Part shown: in pieces, positions 37,466 through 51,296 of the stretch
Numbering within the stretch: the first letter of the stretch is position 1
How the letters are laid out: every line of letters starts with the position of its first letter
Assembly: GCA_003344405.1 (NCBI GenBank)
Contig: NOWV01000013.1
Coordinates: 248,001 to 312,000 of the forward strand
Reading direction: 5' to 3'
Length of the DNA stretch: 64,000 nt
Origin: Trichoplax sp. H2
Lineage: Eukaryota
The notes under the pieces: model-generated
Seen by the model: only the letters and a program-made list of their open reading frames with translations
Databases searched by the model: none
Told to the model about the DNA's origin: nothing
Program-made: the position numbers and the translations under genes

Positions 37466-40400
37466 AACTACTTTACAGAAGTAAAGATAGAAATAGCAAA
37501 ATTGATCGATGACTAGATTATAAACGACCAGATCGTATGGTATTATCTGTATTTGATATTCGGGCTAATACAGAAAAAGCTTTTAATAGCATTATAGTAC
37601 CTCTTTATATCATATTCAGTACTCTATATTTATCGTAAAAGAAACGTGCTGTTACGTATTCTTAGATCTGTAGAGCACAAGATGTGCATATATAATTTCA
37701 ACAACGACAGGTGCGATGGCATAAACTGGTTGACCAGTTTATGCCACCATATGCAATGGGTTTACTACTAGGTCTATAGGAAAAATTCTATTGTCCTTCT
37801 ATCTTTTCATAGAATCCAACACACAATCCTGTCTAGAAATAACAAAACAACACTTAACTTTCTCTCTGCACGACTTTAAATATCCCTATTAATTTACTAG
37901 AGCGATTCTTTCCTAAAGAAATCTTCAAAGAAAATACTCTATATAATCTACTTGTCTATCAATAATTTAAAAATTGGAACTGTGTAATAAAATAATAGTA
38001 CAAAAATAGTTTATTCTTTCACGACTACCCATTGAATCATTTCGAAAAAAACAAAATCAGTAAGTCATCAACATTAAATATAAATAGACATTGATGTTAA
38101 ATATTATATAAGCTTTATGGCATGATTGGTTAGCGCTGTGATAAATAACTAACTGTATATAATGTTGTTGACGTAATTATTGATTTATTGTAGTAGCCAA
38201 AACATGCACTTGATGAGTGAATCAAGATGGAATCATTTTATTTCTTACCGGTATACGCGTAAAAGAGCATCATATTTACGGTATTGTACCTTTTAGAAAT
38301 AACGAAGTCTTAATAATCTAATCGAAGTGCTTAATACACCTTCTGCTATACCAACAAGAATTATAAAGATCACATTGTATTGACTACAGTGTATCAATCA
38401 ATATGAAGTATAATCAACAGCTTTTATATTTTCTACGAAATATTCTTTTTTGTCTTAGTAGCCGTAAATACAGATGCGTAAAACTTATGCAATATAGTCT
38501 ACGAAATAGATGATAGATTTACTCTAGTAGACTAACGTCCTCCTTTCATATTACTTTATAAATCCGGCATAGACAGCAGTGTTTTTGTTTACAATGATCT
38601 GTTCGGATTTTTAATTCACCATTATAGAGCGATTCAAGTTAGAGTAATTTAGCGATATCATTGCATGATCCAATCACTATTGTATTGCTTCTTATAGTAA
38701 TATTTTTATCTATCAAGCCAATTTATTAATTTACGATATCCGCTTACCTTCGCTACGGTTTTTTTTGAAGATTTTATTGCAGTTTATAATTATAGTGTAG
38801 ATATAAATTAAAAACATCGAGGCTTATAATTATGCTTAATCGGTTTATAAATAGATTTCCATCATTTCTAAAACTATAATCCTTACTCTGCTGATTTCAA
38901 TTTAATGACGCAGGCTATCATGTTTTGCATTTTCATGATATCATTCTAGAAACTACCGATCGTAATAATCTATTACTTCATACCAATAGGCTAGCAATCC
39001 GCTTGTCATAATTATGAAAATAGAGTAAAATAGGAACGTACACTACTCAACTTTATTAATATAACTTATTTAGGACAGTGGCACAGTGGCAACTATTCAC
39101 AGATTTTTTGATATTCTCACAATAGATTTGAATAAATATGCTTATTGCACTGGTTTATTAGAATTTATATAATATATTTTAGGCAGTAGTATCTAATTCA
39201 AGAAAGAAAAAATATCTTAAACGAACTAATAATGATAATAACACAAGCTGGAGTAACCTACAATAGTCCAGACATTCAACTAGTATTTTATCAATTTACC
39301 AATGAACTGGTATAATTTGGATCCTACTATTAAAGAGAGCATAGCAATTATTTTCATTAACGATATAAATATCTGAAAAATAGCTTAACTCTATTTAAAC
39401 AGATAAATTGGTTATATAGGAGAGTATAACTGTAATAGTTATACTATGCTGTTTAACTCATTATATTTCACTATTTTAAATTAAAGATTTCTGCTTTTAA
39501 ATTTTAGATGAAACTGTCGAAAGTTTTTCTCCCTTCTATTGATACAATAAATAATCAAACAGGATCATCCTTAACCATTGACAATCCTTAAAAATGACGT
39601 CACAAGCTTAAGATTTATTTCCTATAGTTATTAATTGCAATTTAGAAACATTTACAGCTATCTATCTTATAATTAGGCCAAGGATGATCATCTTTAATAA
39701 TGGGAGAGTTTTTTAGCAGGAATGCACAGTTATTTTGTACCTATTCTATTCTTATAGCCATTCATTCATTGTAATGGAAAAATAATTAATAGTTGTTTTA
39801 GAATTATTACCAATGAAAAAGTGTTCTCGATGTCTAGTAATAATCTTGAACTTGATTGAAATTCGATTCTTAAATGAGAATACAATGTATTAGAAGAATA
39901 AATTTGAAACATTTAAAGAATTCTATCGCGGATGAGATTAACACTGTGATTTTTACGAAGAAAGAAAAAGACGTAATATTGTCAAGATCACAATTATTTC
40001 TATGTTAAAGCCAAAGATCATCAAGCTTACTGTTTTGACATTTATTTATTCAAATTTGAATGTTACAGTGCTGGTAGTAAATAAAGAATAACAAATTTGA
40101 AGTGATTGAGTTAAATTAGTCATCCGTGAAATCTATACCTTAAACCGGTTCTTCATCATCTGCTACTGACATGATAAGCAAGAGTAAATTAAAAAAAGCA
40201 GGGTAAAATTTTCCAAGCATTATTTGCGAAGTCTGACAATAAAGCAGACGATCATTGGCAATAATATTTGCTTCTATAAAACATTCTAATTTGATATTTA
40301 GCCAACAACACAGGTAAAACTCATTTCAGCAATAAAACAGACGTAATTTATAGAATATTTCTGTAATAAATATGTTATATACTCCATTAATGAAACAAGC

Positions 40401-43379
40401 TAGCGAGAAACCTGCTTCAATTTATTACCTTTTACTCTTTATTTTAACATAGTAAAACTGTATTCTTGCTCTATGATATTATGGCTGTTCTACCGTATAA
40501 GCCTTTTCATTTCATTAGATTGATTAAGTTACTTTCTTAAACATTTAAGACTTATATGTAACAAGAGCTGTTTCCCTTTCTCGTAACTGTACTTTGGACA
40601 TTTCATGTTATAATTTTATATCAGTTATATAAAATATTTATATGGACTTTTTTCTACATCGTATATGTTAATACTAATGTGTTCTTTTGTTCATACAATA
40701 TACCTATACTATGCACCTTGCTAAGATATTTCCTTTTCATATTAAAGTAATTCTTATCCCTTATACTATTTATAAATTCTATTCTTACAATATCAAAGGC
40801 AACTTGATACATAAGAAGAATCCCTTATTCTACGATATGACTACTTTTCTTTATAGCTTTTTCAGTGAGATAGCTTAGAATGCGTTTATAAATAATATGC
40901 TAAATTGAATTTAGGTTGAACGATAAGTTAAGACAATCGCTTCCTTCTACTTTCTTCTAACTACATTTATATGTCCAATGAAGATAACTTATATAATTGT
41001 AGTAAAAATGTAGTTTTGATAATTTCAGTAAAATCTATTCTTCTCCAATCTATTATGGCTAGTACCTTTTGTTTTCGAATTTATCTTTCGAAACGGTTAT
41101 ACCCTACATAAATATAAACTGAAAAGTGTGCTTTGAGAATATAAACCTACTATGAAATCAAGTTCTTCGTATTTTATTTTTGATATATACAGGAGTAAGC
41201 CCTACTTTGACTGTAAGTTACCTATGTTTTGAACACCTCTTGAGTGCTACCTTTACTTTCATAATATTATACAGTCCATTAAAGTGTATAAGATAGCTGA
41301 TTACAAAATATATTAGTGAATTTTGTAAAGAATTGACTATTAATACAGCACCAAGGAAACTGTTTATTGTTTTATGCCTATAGAAAATAATTTTTACATC
41401 CGCCAATTAAGCTTAGATTACTGTATGGTAACAGCTTTTTGCCTGATAAGTGAAATAGTATAGTTACTTTGAAATGACATTATCTGCTTTTCTCAAGAAA
41501 CAAAACATCGCGTCGTTCAATTTCCTTGGGTAAAAATAACAGCGTTATTATGGGATTAAACATGAAATTTTAGGCCATTTATTTTATATTCTTAAAATTA
41601 CTGACGAATAATTAAATTTCTTAGCAAGAGATCGCAAGTATTGCGATATTCGTACTATGCAAAAATTTAGTTGAAGATCAGTAGAGCCTTCTAATGTGTA
41701 TAGTAATTTAGACTGGTTAATATCCAAAATAGGAGTACACCGGTTTGAAAAATCTGTCATACTTCCTCGCCACCCTTTTTGCATTTGAACGCAAAAGTAT
41801 CGTCGATATTTTATAATATTTGTGTAATTTTCAATTTTCAATACCTGTAAGCTATTGCCACAACTACTCTTGCGACATAAGAAAACGACACGGTACTTAT
41901 AATAAACTTTACTTTAATCCGTAGAACTACTTCCCTAGCCTACGGTATTGTAGCTGGAATCCTTGCGAAGTACTAACTCGCTCAACACAATATACGATAT
42001 AAAGCTATCACACAACTTAACCTTAACCTGGATCACTTTTTATTGATCACAGTCCTTCTTATATACTCTTTCAGTAGTAATAAACATATTTACTATGCTA
42101 TTAATACATTTCAATAACAAACATGTTATTACGATTGAATTATCAAATATGGACATTCGAGGTAATAAACAATTTCATACATAAATCTACTTCGACTGTA
42201 AGCCCTGTCAAGCTGCTACAGTATGTTCCCGATAGATACTTGTAACATATTGCGATATTATGATAATATCACAATAACTTAGGTTATTACTAACAATAAC
42301 AATTCCTAAAGTAGTCGCTCATACTCCTAAAAAGTTCAAAACAAAATGTTATTATAAACTACACTTCTATATCTAAGTTATTTTGGTGACTGTGATAGCT
42401 ATTTTTTTCTTTCGTACGTGATTGATTTATATTTTATATTCTCTAGACATTAAACGCATCTTAGAATTTAGCTTCGCTCGTCAATAACTTGATACCTAAG
42501 AACCACTTAGCCTTATGATATCACAACTGCCTTTATATCAAGATAAATTTGAATTTATTTTCAAAGGTAAGCTATAATTTTTTTTCGCTTATATTGACTT
42601 GGGTAGTTCTTCGTCAACCTGCAATAAATTTTAAATTTTAATGCGCAAAGTATAAACACATCATGAATTTAACTTCTTACGGTTAAAAAATTTGTTTATT
42701 ACGTAATTTTGTGGTAATGTTATAATCACGAAGGCAAAAAAGTCATCTGGGCATCTCGGGTTATAATACTGGTTAAAATTTGTTTAAGTTACGAACCTGG
42801 ATCTGCATATGTAAAAAATATGCAAGGATTTATCGAGAATGCAACCATCGAAGCGTGTAATAAGGGTATTCGCAAATATCTAAGGATATAAAAAACGTTG
42901 TAGAATAGAATCTAATACTAAGAATATCTGGTCTTATTTATACGAAGAAAAGAAAAAAAATGGACATTCTATTAATTGAAGCCAAATAAATACTTAGCTT
43001 TCACTAAGCAGACACTCATTTACTATGATAATAATGTAGATAGAAATACAGCATGTAAAACATGTAAGAATTTTATATTAATTCTATCATCATCTGTTGT
43101 AGTATTCTTAAAACTCAAAGGTACAGAATCAGTTAAGAAACACTCGTAATAAATTCAGTAACCTAAGTATCATGTACAAGTGTTTCAAAATAAATAGGCA
43201 ACCTTAGGAAAAGTGAAATAGTTATAACACAATATTTGCTGTACTCAAGTTTTCGACATTAACGAGATATTAAAATATTTATCTATATACTAGAATATTT
43301 ACACCGTTAAGTTTGTTAAGAACTCTTTCCAAGAATATGTAGAATGATAGTAAGACATGATATTTGTTGTAACACAGCT

Positions 43380-44537
43380 TCATCTTTTATCGTCCTTCAT
43401 AAATGCTATATGTCTCCTTCTCGCCATTTGTTGAAATTTAATCATCAATTGAGAATTATGTACACCATGTTCAGCAATAGTTTCGTACAATATTTTTCCA
43501 TTATAAATGAGCTTATTAACATCATAGGTACGAATATGAAATCTTGGATTATGAATAGGTTGAATTCCTGTATTATTAGCTAAAAGTCCGATATAGACAT
43601 CGTCAATACCAGGGATTTTTTTAACATATGGAACAGATGTAATAACCTTACTAGCAGTTTCTCTTGACATAAAATAACCAAATCCAGAACAGAATCGAGG
43701 AAATCGCTCACCATTAAAATCTTCGTAGGAAACGTAATATTTACTCTTTTTATTACGGATTGGTACATGATTAATTGAAGAGACAAAACCAATCCAACAA
43801 GAACTCAGATCGATATTTGACTCAATTCGCACGTTTAACTTGATTATCAAGTCAAATAGTCTCCATTTATTGACCCAGACATCATCATCCCCTTTATAAT
43901 AAAATTGACTCCGACAAATTTGACTAGCCCAATACATACCCAATAAAGTTTTATCGGTTAAAGACTTGTGATGCTCTTTCAAGTTAATCATTAATAAATC
44001 GCCATGATTTTTAGCCTCTTTATCGACTCGTTCATCGATGACTTTGGATCCTGTACGTCCAACAATGAAAATAACCTTCCATAAGTTTTTACTCTCAAAG
44101 CGTATATTGAATTCCGTAGGATTGCCCCAAGTTTTGCGAATACCACTACGTCGATTGAAATGATTAGCAGCACTATTAATAGCCAATACTAACAAGGGAG
44201 GATGCTTGCAAGATTTCACACTTAGTTTTTGATCATACTTGGCGACATAATGATTGCCAATCCACTTGATAGTGTCCTCGTGAGATTCCAACGTGATGAA
44301 ATTTTGCTCATTATCGAATGTTTCGTTTATGGCAACAGTAGTATAATCATTAACACTAGCGATAGAAGTCGATTCTTGTCGACTAGGCTGACTTGGACAT
44401 TGCTTTTGGTACGATGGCAATATACTTGGTTGTGTATTTAAGGTTACTAAAATGAACCATGCTGTAGTGATGAAGGCGAGTACAATTACAGCAGCAATTA
44501 CTTCTCGATTTCGACGTAGGCCACAAGCCAAAGACAT
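43380..44537 (-). CDS. GT31 beta-1,3-glycosyltransferase, B3GNT-like, copy 3 (385 aa)
   Basis: TM helix, LVLAINS, RRSGIRKTWG, YKGDDDVWVN, FPRFCSGFGY, IDDVYIG, AEHGV. Confidence 0.93.
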   Translation of the reverse strand: MSLACGLRRNREVIAAVIVLAFITTAWFILVTLNTQPSILPSYQKQCPSQPSRQESTSIASVNDYTTVAINETFDNEQNFITLESHEDTIKWIGNHYVAKYDQKLSVKSCKHPPLLVLAINSAANHFNRRSGIRKTWGNPTEFNIRFESKNLWKVIFIVGRTGSKVIDERVDKEAKNHGDLLMINLKEHHKSLTDKTLLGMYWASQICRSQFYYKGDDDVWVNKWRLFDLIIKLNVRIESNIDLSSCWIGFVSSINHVPIRNKKSKYYVSYEDFNGERFPRFCSGFGYFMSRETASKVITSVPYVKKIPGIDDVYIGLLANNTGIQPIHNPRFHIRTYDVNKLIYNGKILYETIAEHGVHNSQLMIKFQQMARRRHIAFMKDDKR

Positions 44538-45109
44538 TTTCTAAATCTTTTTCGTTAGGTGCATGTTAGTATTATTTTATGAGTCATACATTATTGTATA
44601 TCTGTATTCGAGATAGCACTTTCTTCTACGTATGAAAGAACTAGACGCAGGAGGCCAATCTATCCAGGCTAAACGAAGTGAATGGATAATAAATATAGTG
44701 ACATTATTTTCAATCGATACTTTTACATGGCTTAGATTATAGTACCAACTAAATTACAAGACCAGTAAACTATAAAAAATTTATCGATTACTATTAAGAG
44801 TAGAACATTATATCGGCCCTATTGCTTTTATCTTTCTGCATAAATAATATATAAATATTAGCAAATTACCTGCAGTATAACAGCAAGCTTATTTTAAACG
44901 ATCCAAGATAGTAGACGATATATTGGTACTGTTACAATAATTTCCTTTGATGGATTTGAATTTTTAGTGCCGCTATAGAATCTCAACCTCATCGTTGTAT
45001 CGACATCTTATTCTTCTCGATTAAATGTATTGACTATCTCTGGCATTAACAAATATTAGTAAAAACTTGTAGTTTGATATATTTACTCGTATCTGTATCC
45101 CTATGTTGA

Positions 45110-45503
45110 CTGTAGGACCCACTTCTCTTTTTGGCGCTTGTCGATGACTTGTTATACCGCATAATTTATGCATTCATTATTACTGTGCCTATTATAGTAG
45201 GTAACACCACGCCATATGTACTACTACAAAAAAATTAACCTATGTACAATTGTCCATAAGTTATTAATAGTACACTATCAAAATAGTGCCATTAATAATG
45301 CATTGTACAGTATCGATCTTACCTAATAAGTAACTATAGTACCGATGGTATATGTAGTACTACTGTAGAGACCATATAGAATTTTAGAGATACCTATCCT
45401 GTTAATAAAAATGCTCCCCTTTATTAAGAAGTAGTCCATTGACTATGAATATGACCGCCCATACAGGGAATAGAACAACCTATAATAGAAGTGGGGTTTA
45501 CAG
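45110..45503. mobile_element. Possible degenerate MITE (non-autonomous TIR element), ~395 bp
   Basis: The left end ctgtaggacccacttct matches the reverse complement of the right end agaagtggggtttacag at 14/17 positions. There is an internal imperfect hairpin at 45243-45309. No intact TA target-site duplication. Confidence 0.4.
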
Positions 45504-46970
45504 CTACCGTAGAGTATATAAATAGACGCTCACTACTACATGCTGTAAGTCTGCACTTGACTCAATTAGATTAGCTGTCAATTTTAATTTTCAATTCAAT
45601 CAAATTATTAACTACGGGAATCTTCATTACTTCTGGTCGATCAGTCTGGTGCCCAGACATTGCCTGTGAAGAATTGGTAGATAGCTCTACGATCCTTATC
45701 ATACCATCATGCGAAAATAATAGGTAAAAGGAGATTTAACCCTAAACTTCTAGGTTAATTGAATCGTAGATAGAGTGTATCTTCTCTGTACAAATACTTC
45801 TGTCAAATATCTACAAACTAGGTAAAGTTTTACTATAAAAAATATCATCGGAAGAACTATAACCTGCATTTCTGTAACTTTTTATTACTGTAGTTATAGT
45901 CGTCTCTTGCTCGTTTAAACTAATCATACTATATGAGCGTAAAAAAATACGCGTTATGTATACAGAAGGACTCATTTGTTTAATCGATGGGAATAGTTCA
46001 TCTGTATTTATATCGCGTAGTAATAAATAGAGTAAGTATTCATAAAGCATAACTACAAAATAAATTAATCATTCCTTGTCTACTTGAGTTGCAAAAATAT
46101 AATTGACTATATTAGATGTTTACCATCTTGTAAAATGCCCCAATACATTTTCTTTATCTTTGTTTAATTCTCATGATTCAGCTATAATGGCTGCCAGAAC
46201 TGTTAAAGTTTAAGCAATGGTTCCGAAGAAAGACAACTTAGACAGTTAGTTATTCAGTTAGTTATTCAAATGCGTAAGTTAATCCACAAAGTCGTAACAT
46301 TAATGTATATGCTTGTATCTGAAGCTTATATTGTACATAAGTATACTATATTACGGGATATCTAGTGTTTATTTGAAACATTTTACATATCGTAGATGTA
46401 GCTGTATCTAGATTATGATAGATAGCATTAGTACAAAGTTGTTATCATTATCTCGTATAACATGCCCGTATCATTAAAGTAATACCTATTTATCTACTAC
46501 ATTTAGAATCGAGTTACTTGTATTAAATCATCATCAATGTTACACATATTATGTGCTGTAGTGAACTAGGATAAATTGATACAGCAAACATGTTTGTTGC
46601 ACAATAAACGTGTATGCTGATAATTTGCTGTATTGAGTGATAGAGTTCGATGAGATTATTTCGCTTAACCCAGTTTGCTCTATATGAAGTGCGGCTGATT
46701 CTATGACGATAGTATATAGGGTAAATAAATAAAAATATTAATAGCAAAATCTACTAAAAGAAATTTTTTAACAATCAAAGAGAACTTTCCTATTAATGTA
46801 TATAGATAAATAATTTACGAATGGGTACACGCATTTGGCGTTGGATAGAAATTAGTTATAATAGTTTTAAAATTATTTACGATTAATTAGTCCACATAGA
46901 AACCTAAACTTTCTCTTTTTTATTGATACGAAAGTAGTTCTTAGGTACCGGTAGTATTCGAATATAAGCG

Positions 46971-48089
46971 ATGGCTAAAACTCTAAGACGAAAATTTATT
47001 TCATTGATACTGATATTTATCACAATCTATGGCTGCTATCTATATTTAAGTAATTCTAATTCAGCTACTGAAAGACGAAACTACGTAACTAAGGTAGTTA
47101 ATACAGAATCCTTATTTAGTGGCGAAAGGATTGGCTCATCTACCATTGAAATTGAGCGCTACCACAGTGCCCCTCCTTGTCAATCGTCTCCTTTTATTCT
47201 TCTAGCAGTTAATAGTCACGCAAAGCATAAGTACAGGCGACAAAGTATTCGAAAATCATGGGGCTCTACTATATCACAAAATGAAACTGATAATTTACCT
47301 GCCATTTTATGGAAAACTGTATTTATAGTTGGTATAGTTAAAGACAACAAAATTATGGAACAAGTTTATGAAGAGGCTAGATTACATAAAGACATAGTCC
47401 TAGGTATTATAGACGAAAATCGTCGATCTTTAACTGAAAAAACTGTATTAGGTATGCTCTGGGCACAACTATATTGCCAACCGACATTTTTTTATAAAGG
47501 AGATGACGATGTGTGGGTGAATCAATTTCGTTTATATATATATGCCTTGCAAGCTAATCGATCATTTGAAGCACCAACCAATAGCTTCTGGAGAGGATTT
47601 GTAGCCGTTGATAATCGTAAACCTATTCGTAATAAAAATAGCAAGTACTATTTATCGATGCAGGACTTTAGTGGAGATCTTTTTCCACCCTTCTGTTCCG
47701 GTTTTGCTTACATCTTATCAAATCATGTCCTACAAGAAATGACACGAATGATAAAGGAAGTTGAGATGATTCCACTTGTCGATGATGTATATGTTGGATT
47801 ACTCGCTAATAAATCTGGTATTAGACCTTCACTAGAAGGCCGATTTCATTTGCGTAGTCATTTTAAAGACTTAAATCAGGAAATATTGTCTGCATTAGCA
47901 AAGCATCGCGTCTTGACAGCAAAGGATCAAGTTCTGTTTAAAAATATCAGTTATCGTCATTATCTTACCCAATTCTGTAACAAGACAATGAAGCGACAAA
48001 ATATAGACTATTTCGACGATTTTCAGTATTTTTATCAATTCAATTTTCACAAAGAATTAAATTGCTCAGACATAAATTTAGTTATTTAA
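46971..48089 (+). CDS. GT31 beta-1,3-glycosyltransferase, B3GNT-like, copy 4 (372 aa, the most divergent)
   Basis: TM helix, ILLAVNS, RRQSIRKSWG, YKGDDDVWVN, FPPFCSGFAY, VDDVYVG. Confidence 0.92.
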   Translation: MAKTLRRKFISLILIFITIYGCYLYLSNSNSATERRNYVTKVVNTESLFSGERIGSSTIEIERYHSAPPCQSSPFILLAVNSHAKHKYRRQSIRKSWGSTISQNETDNLPAILWKTVFIVGIVKDNKIMEQVYEEARLHKDIVLGIIDENRRSLTEKTVLGMLWAQLYCQPTFFYKGDDDVWVNQFRLYIYALQANRSFEAPTNSFWRGFVAVDNRKPIRNKNSKYYLSMQDFSGDLFPPFCSGFAYILSNHVLQEMTRMIKEVEMIPLVDDVYVGLLANKSGIRPSLEGRFHLRSHFKDLNQEILSALAKHRVLTAKDQVLFKNISYRHYLTQFCNKTMKRQNIDYFDDFQYFYQFNFHKELNCSDINLVI

Positions 48090-51000
48090 TAACCTCTCAA
48101 TTAAAATATTTACTTGGTATGATGTGAAATTATTCGGCACTGAGGTACCATCATAGATCTATTTGTTTCATTTTGTCCCGTAGCAATTGATTTGGCAATA
48201 TGGATTCTTATTTTTAGCAATTGTCTTTTAAATCAATTTTACATGGTTTATGGCTTATATTATCCCTACTTGTTCTTTTATGTCATTATAATACAGCTTT
48301 CTAAGAGTAATTCATTCACTACCGTTTGTTGTTTGAATACGACAACTACTCGTAAAAAATTCTACCTGATCGATACTAAACTTTCTTTGGAAAGTAGCTC
48401 CCGTGAATAATACCTTTTAAAAATAATGGTTATCATGTTTACGGATTATATCCAATATGAAATTCTTTGCAATATTAATATTAATAATAATGTTATGTTC
48501 CTATACTATATCTACGTCGTTATTATTTACTGACTGATACAAAATCAGTGTGCAAAATTTTTACTACATTAGGAATGCTCAAATTTATTTCCATGATCGT
48601 ATTCTTTGATATCAAATTACTTTACTCATATATCAACAAAGTTTCCCCGATCTCAAATAGTCCCGAATTTACTTTTTACTTTCTAACAGACGAATAATGT
48701 ATTTGATTCAGCACTTCTTCAGATACCATAGCAAAGCAACTTTTTACGATACAGTTATTACCTCTGCTAATAGATTTACACTACTAACTTTAGATAGATC
48801 GTTCTTGAATAATATAACTATGATATTAGTAACCATATATAAACCTGTACATTACATGAAACTGTTAAAATTTTGACAGTATACAGAATTGATTCTGGTA
48901 TTTTGTACCGAAACGTACTAAAAGTTTTGTTTCATCATAAATGGATTGTGATAAATGTAATTGTGTGACATTTTAATTGACAGTTAACAGAAATTCTTAG
49001 TTTACTTTACTAGAGAAATTCAATAAAAGTTAATTACACTCTCAGAATACAATATTTACCTATTTAATTTATATCCTAGCATATATACATGACTTAAGAC
49101 AAATTACTCGCATTAATACGATTGCATTCATAATATATATTAGTAATTTGTCTGCCCTAGTTATATTAATTGCTATAAATATTAGAAATTATACCCGGCG
49201 CCTAACTAACGGTAGTATTTATTAGCTTTCACTACAAGATACTAATAATACTTACGTTCTAAAGTAATATTTTAGATGTATAATTCATCAAATACTTTAG
49301 TTTTGCAGAATAAGATCTTTGGAATATGTTATATATACTTATGATGCTGAAAATTGTCTAAAATTACATAAGGGGTATGTATAGACTGTGCTATGAGTAA
49401 CATGAGTTAAGAGCAAAATAAGCGATGAATTTATTAACACAGCACTATACAATAAATATATAAGTATTCTTTTACCTTATTCAGCAAGATAGCGATATAT
49501 ATTTACTATAGTCAAAATTAATTTCACAGCCTACATAAGCATCGTATCCAGTGTAAAGAATAGTACCACTTATATAGAGTTATTTCTGATTACAAATTAT
49601 AGGATATATCATATGTACTATGCTAGCTATTACATCTCCTTGATAGGAAAATACCAGTATAATTTATAAAACTACTTTACCACATATTCTAAAACATTGC
49701 AAGTTTTCGTGTTAATAAGTCTTCTATCGTATTTAGAACTATTATGCATTACTTTATAGCTACTCTGTTAAAGTGCAGAATCATACGATCTTACTACCGG
49801 GTAATTCGTGTAAGTTTTAAACGGTGGTACGTACATACACCTGTAAAAGTATACATTATAAAGTGAATCATTATGATTATAAAAATACTCCTCCATAACT
49901 AAAATTGCTGTCTTTTATTTATAATACTATCGTAATCAGAGAGTATTATGAGAATGTTTGATTTTAATGTATCATCATCAATATAATGCCAATGTTATAC
50001 GAACATTAAAAATGTTGCTTTATTAAGTAAATTTTGCTAGGATAAATGATATGTCCCGACATGGCATATTATAACATAATCTGCAAAGCTGCTACTTTGG
50101 CTACACTGTATAAAGGATGATAATATGTATAAACTCATTATTGTAGCATAGTGATTAGCAAAATGCAAGAGAGCAGTGCAAGACCTAAAAAATGCCATAA
50201 GTGAACTTATTCAATAAATAATTGATAAGAAATTTGCCTACTATACGGTTACAAGGTAGGAAAACATTTCATTTTAGTTTAAAATTAAGGTGGAGTATAT
50301 ATATATATGTATTATATTGTTTTCGTAAACTGAAATATTGGAAATGTGAGTCCGTAGAAATGGGTGTAAGACATTAACACTATATCTTTACGTTATTAAA
50401 AGTATAGCATAGCTAGCCAAGTTGTTGGAGGCTTGTAGCGCGTTATGAATACATGTAAAGTTATCACTTCCTGAACAGAAATTGCCTTGCGTGTAAAACT
50501 TGCCGAATGTTTAATTGAAATAAATATTAAAATAAGAATATTCTTTCATTGCACCTTTGTATAGTATAAGTGCATAGAAGGACTATTTATTTATAACAAT
50601 AGGAGAGAAGATATTTAAATGATTGCAAAGACAACAGCAAAGAGAATTTAGTGCCTTATTACCTTACACATTTAAAATGTTATCTTCCCATCGGTGTATA
50701 GGGTATAGTAAATTTACTCGATTGTAGCTGCAGCTTTAATACAGTATTTTAATCTTTTTTTGATAGATTGCTATAATTGATTTAGTGAAAGAAAAGGCTT
50801 AAGTTAAGGATAGGCTTAATTTGGATTTAATATGAGTTAATATCAGTCTTAAAATTATACTCTCTCTTTGCTATTGTAACTTAACGTAAAGCTGTCTTAA
50901 TATCGTATGGGTATCAAGTTATACTCGTATGTGATTCTCGTATTACTCAAGAAGTATAAGCAATGTAGCTTTCAAATCTAACCTAAAAATGCATTTGAAC

Positions 51001-51296
51001 GTTTATTTTCAGAAATTTAGTAATAACAATAGTTCTCCTTTTTGTCATGTTTGTTGAAATTTTATGTTAGCTGCAACAATTCAGGATGTTATTGAAGGTA
51101 TAGTCAATTTACTCTATTTAATTGTAGGAATAAAAATGATATCACTTTAATTTGATCTTGATCTGATTATGTAGCACGATATATTTAGATTATATTTGAA
51201 GTTATACTCCAGAGAGCACTAAATAGTAAATTTGATATTATCTAAATTAATTTTCATGTTTAATTAATAAGTACAGTACGTCTAGGGTTAAACAAT

